Origin: Antedon mediterranea
Lineage: Eukaryota; Animalia; Echinodermata
NCBI RefSeq assembly: GCF_964355755.1
Contig: NC_092678.1
Coordinates: 4,294,422 to 4,358,421, forward strand
Reading direction: 5' to 3'
DNA: 64,000 nt
Positions 47,101 to 58,699 of the stretch are shown here, in pieces (positions within the stretch are counted from its first letter, which is position 1; the number at the start of each line of letters is the position of its first letter). The translations under genes and the position numbers were made by a program. The notes beneath the pieces were generated by a model. That model was given only the letters and a program-made list of their open reading frames with translations, was not told where the DNA came from and made no database searches.

Positions 47101-50100
47101 GTATTCTATTGTGCTGGTGTGAACCAATGAAAAATCAAGATATTCTCCTCTTTTATGCTGTAATTTATTTATTTGTTCCAACAATAATTTACGAAGGTGG
47201 TCCATCCAGCCGAAGCTGATCATTAGGGACTCTCACAAAAATACAATATGACTATAAACATGCAAAAATTAATATACAGTAAGATATAAAATAAAATAAA
47301 CAATCAAAAAATAGAATCCTTTACAAAAGTCTGCACAATATTTTATCTATTTAAATTATTACAGTACAATACAACTAAAGATATTACACGCTAATAAATG
47401 AACAATTTACTGTACAGCTGAAATGATTGAAAATGATATCATTAAGCTTACTCGGAATAACATCCACTGTTTAGACAACATTCAAGCGTACTACTAGTAA
47501 TACATCATCATTATTACAATAAGGCTGTAAAGAATGAATGTACGATGGCCATCACATTTTGTGTTTCCTTACATCAAGTGTATATTTCCCCAGCCCATAT
47601 AGCTAGTTTTAAATCAGTATGTTGCAATATCATTCTTTAGGTTCAGGTAAGTCTACTCTCATCACTAGCGTACATAAAGATTAACCCTGTAACCACAGTC
47701 TTGACTGATTTCGGTCATGTATTGCTCATTCAAATTTTATAATTATTAAAATTTTTCCAAATTTGATTTCTTTAGCGATCAACAAGAATGTTGGAAAATG
47801 CGGAGTCCGCTGGAAATTCTCTGAAAAAGCCATCAGGTTCTACCAGGTACAGTATATCATAGAGTACTATGTATAAACACAACGAATGTACATTGTGATA
47901 GCTTCTGCATCCACCACCCTACTGTCACAATTTCCATAATTGTCACAATTTTAATCTATCCTAATTTATAATATATTTATGACTCAAATTGGTTTATAAT
48001 GTTATCTGTTTCTTTTGTGTCATCACCTGCCATTTAATACAATATTAATCATTTTTCAAAAGAGTACGTGATACTACTGTAAGTAATAACTTATAAAAGA
48101 TATTTGTGTTATTAATGGATACTACTGTAGTAATCTGATTTCCAAAAGGGAATACAAAGTATGGTTTAGAAAGTTTCAACATTCCAGTTGCTACATCTTC
48201 TGGAGTAAAGTTGACGCAAATAGAAAACATAATCAAGTTTATAAAAAGGTTTAAAGCTAAGTCCAAATATGGTAGTGATATTCCCAAATATGGTAGTGAT
48301 ATGACATCATCATGTCCATATATGGGCACATTACATTTTTGGTCACAAAAAGTTTGATAGTGTATACAGAGTTTAACAAAAATTTGATGAATTCATCGTC
48401 CCAAGATACTGTAACCATCCAGGCATTTTACTTCTTTTCAGGTAATGTCATGGTAGCTACTGTATATAAAGATAACATGAAAGAATATACAGTTATTATT
48501 ATATATTAATAAAGGTTATTATGGTAATATAAATAATAAAATGAGTTTAATTCATTCAATAGACATGGCCATGTGGTTTTAATACACTTTTTTGATATTA
48601 TAGTTATTGAATATAATGAATAAATATTGAACAATAAATTAAGTATGGTACGGTACGGTAATCAATAAGAAGACCAATGCCCTCTAGCAAGTTTTGACAT
48701 TTTGTGGTTATTATATAAAATATTAAATTTTGAATATTCTGTTATCTGACATAATTACATTCTGTTCATAAAAGCTTTCCGTAAAGTAGCAAATTTTAAT
48801 ATTCATACAGGGGAATCTATGAATTGAAAAATATATATATTTTTTTAAATGTTCACGTAAAGATTGAATCACTTATCCTTAGTTAGTACTTTTAAATTAA
48901 ATACTTTTAAAAATGAATGAAAAATATTATGTTGTTCATAACAGCCTTTTTTTGTATGAAAATTGAGATTGTTTGCGCAAAGTGTTTGATTACATTATGT
49001 GTTTTTGACCGACGTTTTAAGATTTACCGAAGCCATGGTGATTGAACAACATAGCATGAGAGAGACAAAAGCTTATTTCTTTAGAACATTGTTGAGGAGT
49101 GAATTTGGTAGCTCTTTGGGGAAAACCGTGTTCGAAGCAAATAATGGATGTGAATCAACTCTGTAGGGAAAACAGCACTTTATAATAATATAATATGGAC
49201 AGGTTTTGTTCAGTAATTACAGTACAATCTTCCACTTATCAATCGATCATTTGTCTTTTAACTGTCGTTCGTGAACAAACTGTAGATGTAGAACAACAAG
49301 CTAGTGAAAAAATTAAAATGCATTCTTATAAACAAAAAAAAATAAATTAGACATTTTATAATACTCTACATTTCATTTAATCTTCCACCTCCAAAAATGA
49401 CTAACATTTAGACCTATTCTATCTTTTCTTCATTGTATGTAGTGCCTGGTATGTTTAATCCCCCCCCCCCCCCCCCCACTTTTAAATTAAGTACAGTGTA
49501 ACCTTCTCATGTCTAAAACACAGACTGAAATATCTATATTGCCTCTCATCCAATCATCAATGGTGTTAGCTTATCATTATCATACTTTAAACAAAGTTTA
49601 TCGGGCAGACGGGCTAAATGTAAATAATATTTTGGAAAATCATGAGGACTAAGTTCATGTTTAAGTTACTGTAGCTCTGTAGCATATCATGGTATTTCCT
49701 AATAGAAGTAGATAAAGTTAGCAATACAGTGTAATTAATTTTTTATGTTTGTTAAAGATGTATTGTCCCCCAAAAACATGAAAAATGAAGATTAATTAAA
49801 TTAGACTTTGAATATGTTATTTTGTAGTTTTAATCAAGTTAATCACTTCCATAGAAAAAAAAAGATTTTTTTTCACTTATGAAATGACAAAATAAATGGT
49901 TAAATTCAACCAAAAATCCATTGGCTGGCAGCCAATTTGACCATTTTTTGCTTTAAATTACATTTTTCTCTGGTAAATACATTTTTTTTTCGATACAATT
50001 TTTGGTCAAAGTGGATAACTATTATGTTACATTAAAATGGAATATTCAGCAAAAATTTTTTTAAGAATTATTTTTTTCAAGGGGACAATACATCTTTAAT

Positions 50101-53100
50101 ACTATTATTTTTTTTGGTCAAATTTCAAAACTAACTCATAAAAATAGATTTCTTTTATCATTTACTTTTAATTATGTTCTTAAATTACAATAACATGTCA
50201 TCATTCAATGTAATTAATATTTCAAATTTTAATTTAATTTCATGCTTCTTCATTGGTCAATATAAATCACCTTGGTAACATCATAACATCTTTTTCATCG
50301 TGATTCCAGTCCAGTAAGATTTGATAGGTATGGCATTTCTTCATTAATCAAAGAGGTTAAATAATATACTAGAGTGTGAACTAGTCAACAACGAAGTGAT
50401 ACCAACACGACAGAGACTCCTTTAAAATGGCTGCCTTACAATATATCTGTTTCAAACATTATTTAATAATAATGACCTAAAATATTACGAAGAATGATGC
50501 AGCCATATTGTATGTTTCAGCTGTGATTAAATTGGAGTTTAGACTCTAGTTTATTATTTTAACCTCTTTGTCTTCATTAACTCTCACATTTTAATTAAGG
50601 CGAAACATTAACAATATGTGTCATTAGTTTCAAACTCCAGAAACTTCAAGTGCTTCATGTCATTCAGAATACTAAGTCATCATAAAATCTCATTAACATA
50701 TTTCAAGTGTTTTCTAAAAATACTGTACTACTGTAGTATTTCATCAATTTTATATAATTTTCTTCACTTTTGTACAAGTTTTCAAATAAAGTTTGCTAAT
50801 TCTATGATTATCCAGACCTTGTTTAAAACTTTTAAAATCTATGTTATTATATCTAATCTAATGTTATAAGGCCGTGCTAGGTTATAAGATAAATAATGTG
50901 ACAGAGTCATGACTTGAACACAGGCTCCACTTACTTACAGAGCTCAGTTGCAGCGCCAGTTTCAACAGATGAAGGAAGAGATACTAAATGCAACTAACGA
51001 CATTGAGAAGTTGTTTGAATTGGTTGCAGAACTTGGAACGGCTGCAGCCAAGTACTTTATTGTTAAAAAGCTCTTCTGGAAGGTAATTTTATGGCAACCC
51101 ATTCAAACCATGTGCCATATACTTAAATTAAATTTACAACCATGGGGTGGTTTCCCAAAAATTTCGTATTTGAAACTTTTTTAAATGAAATTATTAACAT
51201 TTTGACCTTGAATTAAGAATTATATGCTGATATTTGTATCGAAGTTCAACAAAATTAAATTTGAATATTGTCCTGTTTATTGCCTTCATAATACATTTAG
51301 CATAATAAACTGTAATTTATTCTTCCATTTTTTCAACTCATAATTTAAATAATTTTTATCTTCGTAGAGCGTTGATCTCTTTGAGTTTTTTGTCAATAAA
51401 TTACAGTGTTATCTTCCAAAGTCAACTTCTAGTGATGCACATTCTAGAGCTGATGAACTAGAGTAAGACTTCATTTTATTTTGTATCATATATTCTTCAC
51501 AAAATATTTACGATGTATAAATCTACGATACAATGTGCTGTATTGTATGCTGCATATGAATTATGTTTGTACATCATTTATCTATGGCACAGATACATAA
51601 TTATATTCGGCTCCTATAGAATATTTGAAATTCAATATAGTAATCCATAAACTCCATTAGAGTTATATTCTTAATGTTGATCAATAAAATGTACATTCTT
51701 GCCTTCTATGAAAATAAGAATAAGCAGAAGTACTTTTTATGATATAATAATATTTATTCTGCTGCGCTGCAAGTTGAACAAACATTATTCACCAGGAGCA
51801 AACAAAATGCAGAGACAAATCAGAATAACTTTCTCCAACATTAATACCAATAAAATACATTGAATGTAGTAATAAAAATATTGTTACCGTTATGTGATAA
51901 ATCTAAGCACAGATACCTCCATTCAATATGAATATAATATTAATATACATCTGTTATTATCTGAATGTTGTACAATAGAGTGATGAGTCATACAGTAGCT
52001 TTTGCTTTTCCATAATGATAATATTAAATGGAGTTTATGTTTGTAATTTATCTGATTTTGTAGACAATTTTCTTTGACTATTAGAAGATTTAAATCAACT
52101 TTTTTTTTTTAAAGGATGGTTGTGATTATTTTCAACACTCTGGCACAAATGTTACGGGAAACTGAGATGCTACCTGATCGACTAAAAACGCTACAAGCAA
52201 ATAAGTAAATACTGAGTTACAAAAATATAACCCTTGTAAATCTCCTATATTATCAAACTGTGCCCGATGAGTACTCCCTGGCTATGTCCGATGAACACAC
52301 TGAATACCCACCCTGTACTCCATGGTCACTCCCTGAAATCCACGCCTTCTGGCAACTGTATGTCCCATGAGAACACTAAATGCTCACCTATACCCCATGG
52401 GCACTCCCTGAAAGCCACGCCTTCTGGCTATGTCCGATGAGCACACTTCATATCTCTAGATCTACCAATGATATCGCTTACTCGTAGATTCAAATGTATT
52501 TTTATTTATGAAATAATAATTTCTTTTTGATACAGTGGCAAGATGGTCCTTGATCTACTGGTGATGTTGACATGTTTGCCTGAGGTTCCACAAAGATGGC
52601 GCCCTCCAAGTTTCAAGATGTCCAATACGCTACTAGAGACTGATGCTCACCACTGGGAGACTTATTCGGATGCTGAGGTAGTTTTTTGTTGTTTGCTAAA
52701 CAATTCAAGAAATCTTTATTATCAAATTGAAAGACATATTATGGTAATAATTTTCTTTTTATTGTAGATTTCTAAGCTTGTGCAGGAGATCACCAACATA
52801 TCCACTGCTGTCACTTTTGAACTAATACTGATAGCACTTCAGGTGAGTTATGGGTTTATCTTTCCAAAATCATCATAATTTTCTCAAGATTTTTTTATCT
52901 GAAAATGACACACAACCACTCTGTTCCACATAGTCTTTAATTTTAGAGTTTATATTTTTTTTTATCTTGTTTCAGGCTAACTGGGGAAATGATGAAGGAA
53001 AATTCTTCAACATTTGTTGGCTTGTAAAGGTTCTAGATACATTTTCAACAACTGTAAGTTTTTTGTACACAATACTCTCAACTTTTGCACAATCCTTAGG

Positions 53101-53653
53101 CAAGCCCAAAAAGGACTTTATGTTTTTTTTTATTGTTTCTTTCCATATGTATTTAAAGAAAATGGAAGTAAGTTCTGGTATTTTTGGAGAGTAACGGTTG
53201 GCCACATTACACAATTACGCATAGGAATATTTATTTTCCACCTTGTATGGTTACATACTGCAAGTAAGCAGTGATTGGCTATACCATTCGTTGAATTAAT
53301 TCATGTTGAGTCTCATCCTGGTTTTTTTAAAGGAAAAATTTGTGGAAAGGTTGTTGGCACAGGCTATGAAGCTACTGCTACCATCCAAGGATTCAGTCAT
53401 ATCTCCTGATGACGCTGTCCTTCTGTTCCAGCAGTTCTTTGTCTTGCAGACCTTGATAGAGTACAGTTCCAGTATAATATCCCATATCAGGAACAATTAC
53501 ATGGAAGAATTCCGGTACTATGTGCAGTCGCCTCACATACTGGTGAAGTTCCCGGCTAACTATCCAATTAGGAGGATGACGCTACAGATTATAGATGAAG
53601 TTCTGTCCTGCGTACTGCAAAAGAACACAGTGTTGAAAGGCCATAAGGTGTAA
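44107..53653 (+). CDS. C12orf56: C12orf56 (DUF4551) homolog, ~10 exons
   Basis: KRNLKLENFLK..VQAYEACIV..KYAVLGDERLYITENPPK..DVIAITLVNDFPDFLSGEERENAQHI and C-terminal NNYMEEFRYYV..YPI match C12orf56. Exons ~44107-44367, 45989-46888, 47776-47845, 50942-51082, 51368-51462, 52116-52204, 52536-52677, 52768-52842, 52977-53053, 53333-53653. Confidence 0.9.
44685..44854 (-). mobile_element. Penelope-like pseudo-LTR repeat, copy 2 (intact hammerhead), inserted in (TA)n
   Basis: Reverse complement of copy 1; flanked by TA microsatellites in C12orf56 intron 1. Confidence 0.78.
44816..44852 (-). ncRNA. Minimal type I hammerhead ribozyme motif (Penelope type)
   Basis: GCA-CTGATGA-A-GGGC-TAGTGTT-GCCC-GAAA-GC-TC-TGC: full core, stem II, palindromic AGCT in place of stem III, 3-bp stem I. 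Confidence 0.75.
45527..45680. mobile_element. Harbinger-like MITE, 154 bp
   Basis: TIR GCTTGGTTCCCACT / AGTGGGAACCAAGC, TAA flanks, largely palindromic body. Confidence 0.85.
47160..47330 (-). mobile_element. Probable LINE 3' tail remnant
   Basis: Minus strand CAGC-TTCG-GCTG hairpin followed by an (AAAT)n tail. Confidence 0.35.
48258..48374. mobile_element. MITE family A copy (right half)
   Basis: CCAAATATGGTAGTGATAT x2...GTTTGATAGTGTATACAGAG. Confidence 0.78.
49756..50095. mobile_element. Kolobok-like MITE (family B) complete copy, 340 bp
   Basis: TIR AGATGTATTGTCCCC / GGGGACAATACATCT with TTAA on both flanks; AG terminus argues against piggyBac. Confidence 0.88.
52258..52450. repeat. 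Short ~85-90-bp tandem duplication in a C12orf56 intron
   Basis: CCATGG(T/G)CACTCCCTGAAA(T/G)CCACGCCTTCTGGC twice; TATGTCCGATGA-like motif three times. Confidence 0.7.
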
Positions 53654-54335
53654 CACATCACATTTCTGATCTGTAAATGCAACAATAAAACTAAACTGAA
53701 ACTAAAGTCTAGCTATTTCGTTTGGTCATAGAAAGGTGATAAATGATGGGGAAAGGTCCATCATTTAATGGTGAGATTCAATTTGCACCCCATTCTCTGT
53801 ACTGCTCTGTACTTTCAATGACAAATTTAAGTCGTTTATTTTTATTTACATCTTTAAATGTTTTGTATACAATGTTATGCAACTAGATTGACTCTTTTGT
53901 ATCTATATTTACTTAAAAACAAGACTTGGTGGTGAAAGTCAAACAAGTTTTTTATTTAGAATTAGGAAGAATTTTATTCAAATAATATTAAAATATAAAT
54001 TTTATTTATGCATTGCCTAATTTGCCTAATTTAAATCTTGCTTTCATTCATTGAAAATGTGCAAAATATTATATATTATAATTATCTTTAATTCTTTTTT
54101 GTATGTAATGTTTATTTTTTCTCATCAATTTCTTTCATATGTGTTTGTGGTTGAGTGCAGCAAAGATTAAATATACTTTGTTATTTTTTGGGGGGTTTTC
54201 AAATGTGTAAATACGAATATTAGGGCCAACAAGAAATGGACCAAACTGTTTACATTCTATTAATAAAAGATGGTATAAGGATTGCACTCATGTTGGTGTT
54301 CTCCGTCAGGAACACAACGACAAGTTCTTCTGTAA

Positions 54336-54603
54336 AGCCTGGTTTCCATTAAAATCGCTACAGCGTTTCCATTAAAATCGCTACACGCGCAGATGTCGCC
54401 GACACAATCGGGAAGGCTCCCCGATTCATCGCAGTCAAATCGGCAAAGTTCAACCATGTTCAACTTTGCCGATTTTGTCGGCGATGAATCGTATACGCGT
54501 ACCAAAGAATATTTAGCGCTCTCATACTAGATCCCCGATAAATTCTAGCGTTTCCATAGAATCGCTACGCTCTGTCGTGTAGCGATTTTATGGAAACCAG
54601 GCT
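54336..54603. mobile_element. Harbinger-like MITE, 268 bp
   Basis: TIR AGCCTGGTTTCCAT(T)AAAATCGCTACA / TGTAGCGATTTTATGGAAACCAGGCT, TAA on both flanks. Confidence 0.9.
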
Positions 54604-55239
54604 TAACAATGCAAATTACCTATGATTTACAGGTTAAGTCCTGAATTTTGCACCTCACATTTTTGTCACAATTTATTGCAAAAATCCGTCCATAATTAAA
54701 ATTACTATATTGATTATATAATGTTGTGTTTTTTGTATCAATAGTTTAATGTGCAAATTTATAAGACGAAAACAATGCAACTTTAACCTCATTTGAAGTT
54801 CATTTGTTTATGAGTAGTTGAGTAGTCAAATTATTGGTTTTAAAATGTATAATCTTCGACAACACATAATTTGGTATTCGCTTCTTTAATACATAAATAA
54901 TTGTCAGTTTCTTAGTATTGTTTTAGTAGGTTTTGGTGTGCGTATATTACATTTAATCGTAAATTTATCTTATTGTATTTTATTCTACATTTTCTTGCAT
55001 TGATCTAGTAAATTCCGTCCAAAAGTGTTTTCAGAAAATGACTTCTATAATGTAGAGATCCAGATTCATTTTATTTTGTTATAATTTGGACAAAAGTTCA
55101 CAATTGCCATGATTATAGTCAGGTTGGAAAAGTCATTTTCTTTTAATCAATTAGACGATATAGATGTTATGTCACCTCAGTAAAGATGAATGTCTGTTTT
55201 ATCGACATATTTATTATTGTTCTAGGTTTACCTAGATAG

Positions 55240-55340
55240 TATACACTATCAAAAAAGTGTGACGTGCCCAAATATGCTGGTGATATGACATCATCATGTC
55301 CATATATTTCGAATACAATTTGATAGTTTAGACAGAGTTT
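55240..55340. mobile_element. MITE family A short copy
   Basis: TACACTATCAAA...GTGCCCAAATATGCTGGTGATATGACATCATCATGTCC...TTTGATAGTTTAGACAGAG. Confidence 0.72.
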
Positions 55341-56650
55341 AAGACATTTTATCCAAATCAAATCTATGTATTTCCTTTAAAATCCTAAATAATGGAAAAA
55401 GAAAATTTTAATTGGAGATGTGCGAAGTAATTCATTATTTCGGTGACCTTTTATCTATAACTCGTGGCATTGTGTTCGATTAAAAGTATAAATTATTTAA
55501 TCAAATGGTATACTCTTCTGTAGGCCTATTGTTGATATATTTCGGTGTGTAGTTTATACTTTTTAAGCTAATACTAAGTATGGTTTTATGTCTTGTTAAA
55601 CTGCATTTAATGTCTTTGTATGTTAAGGCCCATAGACTGAACTTGCCAATAATAATAAAATCAATTTTAATACAGTGATTATATTTTGTCGTTTTTGACC
55701 AATCTACACACAGATTAGGCGCACTTTCTTCACATAGTATACCATTCGTGTCCTAATTTTTCGTGAGATTTGCAATGTACTTATTAGTACGGGTACAAAT
55801 TACGTCGGAGCAAACATTACGCAAAGCTACACCACAGTAGCTACAAACAATGACAATCCGATAAGGATAATGATAAACAAAGAAACGATACATAAAATAA
55901 AAGAAAGGCCAAGTAAGTTGGTCTTAGTGCCATGACGTATGGTTTCATTGTTGACAAAGTACCGTATTGTACTTTGATTGTTCTTTTAGGCTACGATGCA
56001 CTCGTTGTCTTCTCTGTATATTTGTTTTGTGATCATTGACTCGTATAAATCGATATCCAAATCCAGACTGCTTTTATGATACATACATACCTCCTTCCGT
56101 GTTCCAAGTTTATTTGTTATTACCACGCAGTATAGCCTATTTGTACTGGGAATAAGATTTTAACAGGGGGTCTATTTGGGTTACACTGGACCGTTAAGAA
56201 GGATTGCGTTGGAATGTATTTACTTTGACAGCAACCTGATTCACAGCCTTCTCGGCGGGAGAGCAGGTGTTATTTTTCAAAGCTTATTGTAAAATTGTTA
56301 ATATATCTTGATGCAAAGGTCGATATAGGAGGTAACTCGTCGTTGTTAACATAGGAATAATGCAGTGAATATTATAACTATGGAAATGTAGAGGTAATGC
56401 TATGCCATGTTTGATGTGACTGATTGCTTAAATTGGAAAGCATCAAACCAAAGACTTGGAGATTGCGATTATTTCTATACATACAGAATGTTTAGCAGCA
56501 ATGCATAAATAGCCTAAAATAGTGGGTTCTTCAATGATGCTGATACAACTGTCGACTATCAAAATGGCATCGAACTGTAACTAAAAAAGCCACCAGTAGG
56601 CCTAACACTGTTAATATTTTTGCGGTAAACTTGAAAAGCCCGGACGGAAG

Positions 56651-58382
56651 ATGGATAAAGAAATACGTGATCCTTCAGCAGAACTGGTGAAGTCGCTGGA
56701 AAAGTTGAATATCGTGCCATTTAGAAGCACTTCTCAGTTTGATTTGAGAGTGGATTTGAATTATCGACACTTACAGAAGCTGCCTGCTGATGTCTGCAGA
56801 CTGACAGACCTTCAGTGGTTAAATTTAAATGTCAATAGGCTGTTTGATCTTCCAGATGAACTTCAGCAACTTGTTAGATTAAGATGGTTGTATTTAGAAA
56901 GTAACAAGTTCGAACATTTCCCAAGAATTCTTTGCAAAGTTCCGTCTCTTGTCCGTTTATATTTCAGCAGTAATGCCCTGTCAACTCTTCCAACTGATGT
57001 GAAAGATCTCAGATGTCTAAGACTCTTGGATCTTTCAGACAATAATTTTAAAGATTTTCCCTCTGCAATATGCTGCTCAGAATTAAAACTTCTTGACAAA
57101 CTGTTTATAGATAACAATCAATTGAAGTGTATTCCATCTGAGATCAGTAAGTTAATTGGACTTAAGTCACTCTGGATGAATAACAATCAAATAGAATGGC
57201 TTCCGCAAAGCACAGCTGAGCTGGTGAATCTCGAGGAACTTCAGATTAAAAATAACAGTCTTCACGGCTTGCCAGCATACCTTGCCCCCGGATTAAACAA
57301 ACTTACTTCGATAGAATGGGAGGGTAACAGATTAACTCTAGCACTACGAGGACCTATTTCCCGTGGTGTCGGTGATCTTAGACAATACCAGATATGGGCT
57401 AGAGAGATGGCGTTGTCAAAAGAGATGGTTGAATTTCGGAGCAATCGAGAGTCAGGGATGGAGCGTCCATGCTATAGGATGCGAACGAGACCCAGGGGTG
57501 TGGCCGTTATCATAGATAATTTTCCAGCAGAAGACATTAATGAGGACAATAGTGAAACAGGTAAGAGGATCTGGGTGACATTTTGTTAATATGGAGGCGG
57601 TGGATGTCACATGTCGTATTCTGAGCGAAAGACCTCCTACTATTTTTTGAGAACTATGTATTTCTTTAAAGTAATGCAATTTTATTGTTATCTAATTTAT
57701 TTTCACAGACAAGCTTCGAAGTGTTCTGATAAAACTAGGATTCAACGTTCGTATAATGAAGGGATTGATATCCCTCGATATCATATCCGCTCTTCGTTTT
57801 ATATCGATGGAAGATCATCGCTATGTTGACTGTATCGTTGTTGTTCTCCTCTCGAAGGGGTCGAGTAATGCAGGAAATGTCCGAGGCAATGATGCCATCA
57901 AAGTAGAAATACGGCAACTCACAGACATCTTCACCGCTGCCAACTGCCCGACACTCGCAGGAAAACCGAAACTGTTCTTCTTGCAATTGCTAGAAGATAA
58001 AACAATGAAATCAGTTGGGAAGAAAGACAATGATTCTTCTTCTAAAAGTGATAGCTTAAAAGATCTAATACCAGATGAAGAAGATTTTTTGTTGACCGTG
58101 GCAGGTATCCCGCATACGATGTTACATGAATCAAAGACGAGAGCGTATACACTGTACGTTTCGTTATTGTTTGACATTCTGGAAAATTACGCACGTAAAT
58201 TGAACTTATTAGATTTGCTGGCTACGGTACATTCTCAAGTTAGTAATATCCAACTTACTACTGATATAACAACACAAAATGTGTGCCATAATGAAGCCCG
58301 AATTGTACCGTTTATTCAATCATCGCTACGATATAACCTCTACTTAAGCATTTACAATAGTACTAGAGAAAACACCAAGTAA
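56651..58382 (+). CDS. Leucine-rich repeat protein fused to a catalytically inactive caspase (peptidase C14) domain, 2 exons, 527 aa
   Basis: Exon 1 56651-57560, GT-AG intron 57561-57708 (phase 1), exon 2 57709-58382. About nine LxxLxLxxNxL repeats, then CYRMRTRPRGVAVIIDN..DKLRSVLIKLGFNV..DCIVVVLLSKG..NCPTLAGKPKLFFLQLLED..IPDEEDFL..SSLRYNLYL. Confidence 0.9.
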
Positions 58383-58699
58383 ATAATGTATCTAGACAGC
58401 AGTAAACTTTTTTAAATAAATTATAATTGAGAGAAATAAATACTTTTATTTTATGTATAATAAAAATAATTTTATCTTAAAGAGATATGTGTACTGTGTG
58501 TTATGTACTCTGTTTTTCTTTAATTTTTCGCAATTAAAAACTTGCATTTTGTGAAATTAGTTTGCACTGAATATAAAATGTAGGTTGAAGGGCCGAAATA
58601 TAAAAACCAAATTATACCAAATGGAAAACTTTTACAGAAGGCATGAATGGCGTTCCATGAATTGTAGCTCCTCGACGAAAAATACAAACACGCTTAAAA

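Noticed and set aside
52258-52450. Second hammerhead family (CCGATGAG motifs)
   Set aside because: Core reads CCGATGA rather than CTGATGA and no properly placed stem II-GAAA follows.
57756-58382. Stand-alone active caspase gene
   Set aside because: It is exon 2 of the LRR gene and lacks both catalytic residues.
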